Shown: positions 29,143 to 32,000 of the stretch, piece after piece
Layout: the number at the start of each line of letters is the position of its first letter
How positions within the stretch are numbered: the stretch's first letter is position 1
NCBI GenBank assembly: GCA_005191425.1
Contig: SUPR01000003.1
Location: 30,001-62,000 of the forward strand
Length of the DNA: 32,000 nucleotides
Reading direction: 5' to 3'
Source of the DNA: Candidatus Helarchaeota ASGARD archaeon Hel_GB_B
Lineage (GTDB): Archaea; Asgardarchaeota; Lokiarchaeia; Helarchaeales; HEL-GB-B
The notes under the pieces: generated by a model
Seen by the model: only the letters and a program-made list of their open reading frames with translations
Told to the model about the DNA's origin: nothing
Database searches by the model: none
Translations under genes and position numbers: made by a program

Positions 29143-30478
29143 TATCCCTCCTAAAATTGTTAATTTCTTTAAAAATTTTTAGTGCAATACTTTTTGAAGA
29201 TGTTATTGTATCAACAATATCCATTGGACTTATAACAGACCCACAAGCATAAATTCCTTCTATATTGGTGGTAATTTGATCTTCTTTTACATTAATAAAA
29301 CCTTCAGAAGTTAATTCTAAATTTAATTTTCTGGATAATTCTATACTATCCTTAGACATAATAATTGCTGTACTTAATACTAATAAATCAGCTTGAATAA
29401 TAAGTACCGCATTCAATAGAGCATCATATATTTTTAAAGTTAATTTATTATCATTTTCTTTATTTTCTGATTGTTTAATATCTATTAATCTTCCCTTGAT
29501 AAATTTCACATCATTTTCTCGAGCTTGGGTATAATATTTTTCTAAAAACCCCATTGTCCTAATATCTATGTAAACGATATAAACTTCAGGGGGTGGGTCA
29601 TAATTTTCTTTTAGTATTTTTGCATTTTTGATAGCATATTCACAACAAAGTACACTACAATATCTATTATATTTTTCATCTCTAGACCCTACACATTGCA
29701 CTATAACTATTGATTTAACTTCTTTTTGATTTGATGGACGTATTAATTTTCCTTGAGTTGGTCCGTTTGGGTCTATCATTAATACTAATTGATATTGTGT
29801 TATTACATCTTTATATATTCCATATTTGTAGTCGTTCATTAATTTTGGGATATATTCATCAAAACCTGTTGCTAATATTATATCTGCACATGAAATATTT
29901 ATATGGATGTCTTTTTCGTTTAGATTAATTGCATTGACCGGACATGATTTTTCACATAAATTACACCCAAATTTGCATTTATCTTGATTAATAATAAAAT
30001 AGTTAGATATACATTGTGGATAATGGCTTGATATAATCGGAAGATCTGGATTTCCTTTAAAAACCTCATTTAAATCGTTAATTTTTGGGCACACTACTAA
30101 ACATTTTCCACAATTAATACAATCTTGGTTAACATATGTAGCGTGTTTTATTAATTTAATTTTAAAATTTCCTTTTTTACCAGAGCAAGATTCAAGTTCT
30201 GTATTATTAAGTAGAACAATATTTGGATGAAAATTTATCCCAGATCGATAAAAGCATTTTCTTATGCCATCCTTATATTTGGTGGAAAGGAGACAAAAAA
30301 AACAATCATCTGTGGGAAATGCTTTATAGAGGTGGCCGGCATGCCCTCCAAAAAAGGGTTTTTTCTCAATTAAGTATATTTTAAAACCCAAATCTGCCAA
30401 TTGTATTGCCATATTTAGGCCAGCAATACCGCCACCAAAAATACTTATCGTTTTTTCTGTTTCCAAATTTTTACTCAT
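29132..30478 (-). CDS. hdrA: HdrA-like flavoprotein lacking the N-terminal and C-terminal ferredoxin domains (QmoA-like length, with inserted ferredoxin)
   Basis: IFGGGIAG, KAFPTDDCFFC, CINCGKCLVVCP, CKFGCNLCEKSCP, ILATGF, VQCVGSRD..YCSVLCC, DIRT.G and GIYACG...P.DI. Confidence 0.92.
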   Translation of the reverse strand: MSKNLETEKTISIFGGGIAGLNMAIQLADLGFKIYLIEKKPFFGGHAGHLYKAFPTDDCFFCLLSTKYKDGIRKCFYRSGINFHPNIVLLNNTELESCSGKKGNFKIKLIKHATYVNQDCINCGKCLVVCPKINDLNEVFKGNPDLPIISSHYPQCISNYFIINQDKCKFGCNLCEKSCPVNAINLNEKDIHINISCADIILATGFDEYIPKLMNDYKYGIYKDVITQYQLVLMIDPNGPTQGKLIRPSNQKEVKSIVIVQCVGSRDEKYNRYCSVLCCEYAIKNAKILKENYDPPPEVYIVYIDIRTMGFLEKYYTQARENDVKFIKGRLIDIKQSENKENDNKLTLKIYDALLNAVLIIQADLLVLSTAIIMSKDSIELSRKLNLELTSEGFINVKEDQITTNIEGIYACGSVISPMDIVDTITSSKSIALKIFKEINNFRRDNIS

Positions 30479-30776
30479 CTTTTACATACCAATGATGTTT
30501 TAATCGTAATTTATATATTTCAAATTCCAAATTTGTTAATTCATTTTGTAGGGCTTTTATTTCAATATTAAATTTCTCTTGGGATATTTCTCCAATTTGC
30601 TTTTGGACGACCAAATTCTTTAATTCTAATTGTTTTAATTTTATTGATTTTTTAATCTCTTCAAATTTATCTCTATTTTCTGAGATTATTTGTTTCCATT
30701 TATTACTAGATTTGTTTGTCTTATCTAATTGGTCGATAATTTCCATTAATTTTTTTCTTTTTTCTTCATCAATCAC
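30471..30776 (-). CDS. Small coiled-coil hypothetical protein (101 aa)
   Basis: GTG start; overlaps hdrA by 8 nt. The QIGEISQEKF..EIKAL...L motif resembles SHOCT/CdvA-type coiled-coil ends. Confidence 0.7.
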   Translation of the reverse strand: MIDEEKRKKLMEIIDQLDKTNKSSNKWKQIISENRDKFEEIKKSIKLKQLELKNLVVQKQIGEISQEKFNIEIKALQNELTNLEFEIYKLRLKHHWYVKDE

Positions 30777-30811
30777 TTTTCAAACAACTTTATATTATTT
30801 CTACACACTAT

Positions 30812-30880
30812 AATCGATCCCTGTGCAAGGGTGTCCTATTCAGAGCAGCTCTTTAAGTCTGAACAGTCATTCTATCGATT
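30812..30880 (-). promoter_or_regulatory. Eukaryote-type (Lokiarchaeota-like) SECIS element
   Basis: Minus strand: AAUCGAU-AGA-AUGA-CUGUUCAGA-CUUAAAGAGCUGC-UCUGAAUAG-GA-CA-CCCU(UGCAC)AGGG-AUCGAUU. It shows an AUGA/GA core, a 9-bp helix II (one G-U), AAA in the apical loop and a 7-bp helix I, directly after a UGA-containing vhuD. Confidence 0.88.
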
Positions 30881-31307
30881 TTTGCTTTTTTAATGGGTTA
30901 AGTCCCATTTTTTCCACATCTGCTGCGACTTTTTCAATGATATCTTTCAGTTTGTCAGCTTCGGCAGCTGATACAAAATGCATTTGTACCCGGTCTTCAT
31001 TAATTCCAATGTCTTTCAATAATTCTCTAACAAATTTAACTCGTCTGGCGCATGCTAAATTCCCTACTTTATATTCGCAATCTCCGGGATGTCAACCAAC
31101 GCTAATCACTGCATCTGCGCCATCTACTAGTCCCCGTAAGATGTGATTGACATCTACTCGACCTGTACATGGTAACCTAAGAATTCTTACTATCGGATTA
31201 TATTGTAGCTTAAGAGTCCCTGCTAAATCTGCAGCAGAATAGGAACACCTCATACATGCAAACATTAATACGACAGGTTGTTGCTCTTTAATTTTACATC
31301 ACTCCAT
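30867..31307 (-). CDS. vhuD: Selenocysteine-containing MvhD/VhuD (hydrogenase/Hdr 2Fe-2S delta subunit), 146 codons; absent from the ORF track
   Basis: Hand translation: ME(U)CKIKEQQPVVLMFACMRCSYSAADLAGTLKLQYNPIVRILRLPCTGRVDVNHILRGLVDGADAVISVG(U)HPGDCEYKVGNLACARRVKFVRELLKDIGINEDRVQMHFVSAAEADKLKDIIEKVAADVEKMGLNPLKKQKSIE*. TGA at 31094-31092 (codon 72) sits at a conserved Cys/Sec ligand position and family similarity continues past it. Confidence 0.95.
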
Positions 31308-32000
31308 TTAATTATTTTCTTTTAAAATTGCATCTATTTGATTTAATATTTGGACATCTTTCCACCATCTTAAATCTCGAGCTCCAATTGGACAAGATGC
31401 TACACAGATCCCACATCCTTTACATTTCATTTCATCTGTTGTTGAAATCATTTTAAAAGGGCTAATATCTTTAATTGATATTGCATCATATGGACATACA
31501 ACTTCACATAGACCACATCCAACGCATTTTTCTATATCAACATCAGCTCTGATCATCTCAATTTCGATTCCTTTATGTTTAATTGCTGAAATACTTGCTG
31601 CCCCACGGGCAAGTGCAATGGTATCTGAAATATCTTTTGGAAAGGTAGACGCAGTATAAATTCCTGGAACTTTTGTCTCAACAGGTTTAAATTTTAAGTG
31701 AAGTTCTTCGATAAACCCATCTTCCGATCTAGTGATACCAAGTATTTTGCATAAATTTTCTATATCATCTGGTGCTTCTTGTCCAACAGCTAAAATCACA
31801 TAATCTATTTTTAATTCTAATTCTTTTTTTAATAATGTATCAAATATTTTTACTATAATCTTATCAGAATCTATTGCTTTGCTAACTTTTGGTGGAAAAT
31901 TCGGTTCCCACCTTATATAATTGACTCCCATTAATTGAGATGTGATATAATTTTCTTCCATATATCTACCAAATGCCCTAATAGATTCTTTATAAAGTAC
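31308..32000 (-). CDS. hdrA: Heterodisulfide reductase subunit A, C-terminal part (5'-truncated by the window edge)
   Basis: Frame open to the window end (VLYKESIRAFGRYMEENY, the LY.DIR..G motif). Also DYVILAVG, DGFIEELHLKFKPVET.VPGIY, PKDISDT, CVGCGLCEVVCPY and CKGCGICVASCP. Confidence 0.95.
   Translation of the reverse strand, partial: VLYKESIRAFGRYMEENYITSQLMGVNYIRWEPNFPPKVSKAIDSDKIIVKIFDTLLKKELELKIDYVILAVGQEAPDDIENLCKILGITRSEDGFIEELHLKFKPVETKVPGIYTASTFPKDISDTIALARGAASISAIKHKGIEIEMIRADVDIEKCVGCGLCEVVCPYDAISIKDISPFKMISTTDEMKCKGCGICVASCPIGARDLRWWKDVQILNQIDAILKENN

Noticed and set aside
29132-29185. Programmed frameshift fusing the two hdrA paralogues
   Set aside because: A +1 shift would be needed. 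The visible slippery heptamer (T TTA AAG) is phased for a -1 shift in the opposite direction, and a strong SD argues for independent initiation.
16793-30478. Dissimilatory sulfate reduction locus (sat + QmoAB-like + HdrBC)
   Set aside because: No aprAB or dsrAB is in the window, and sat is coupled to APS kinase, which points to PAPS formation. The proximity may be coincidental.
30804-30869. Readthrough of the terminal vhuD UGA into LFRLKELL*IGHPC...
   Set aside because: MvhD similarity ends at GLNPLK. The extension runs through the SECIS stem and needs a further UGA readthrough.
30823-31146. 107-aa plus-strand ORF in the track
   Set aside because: It is the antisense shadow of the Sec-containing vhuD and SECIS, with no protein-like motifs.
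30867-31307. vhuD as a pseudogene, or UGA reassigned genome-wide (code 4/25)
   Set aside because: The internal TGA hits exactly the Sec/Cys ligand, all other motifs are intact and a SECIS follows. TGA ends other genes at natural C-termini (deacetylase 15546-15548, vapC 23403-23405) and Trp is TGG elsewhere.
1-32000. tRNA (including tRNA-Sec), rRNA or CRISPR arrays
   Set aside because: No GC-rich cloverleaf-like segments and no regularly spaced repeats were seen by eye. tRNAscan-SE or Secmarker would be needed to exclude them formally.

Overview
A very AT-rich archaeal chromosomal window, most likely from an Asgard archaeon (Loki-/Helarchaeia-like). This is inferred from the archaeal informational genes (rpl10e, rpl21e, rpo4, pus10, DUF655), a full-length eukaryote-type Rpb5 and a eukaryote-type SECIS. 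The left half is mainly housekeeping: ppsA (cut by the window edge), rpl10e, dcd, a long coiled-coil protein, a 1.4 kb gene-free AT-rich gap, trx, an ADP-forming acyl-CoA synthetase alpha subunit, rpl21e-rpo4-DUF655, pus10, rpo5, prs, a small J-domain protein and a GNAT + deacetylase pair. The middle has a PAPS-making cluster (RHH protein, sat, AlkP-family enzyme, cysC) facing a second AlkP/sulfatase-like gene. The right third is a minus-strand heterodisulfide reductase cluster: hdrA (partial), mvhD/vhuD, a small coiled coil, two complementary hdrA paralogues (one fused to MvhD), a 747-aa ferredoxin protein, hdrC and hdrB. A vapBC module flanked by a ~270-bp direct repeat interrupts this cluster and left a decayed hdrC copy. 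The main result is a gene missing from the ORF track: a 146-codon selenoprotein mvhD/vhuD (31307-30867, minus) with in-frame UGA at codon 72 (VG-U-HPGDC) and possibly at codon 3. It is followed by a eukaryote-like SECIS hairpin whose AUGA core contains the gene's own UGA stop codon. No rRNA, tRNA, CRISPR array or transposase was recognised. All calls come from reading motifs by eye; no database search or folding program was run.
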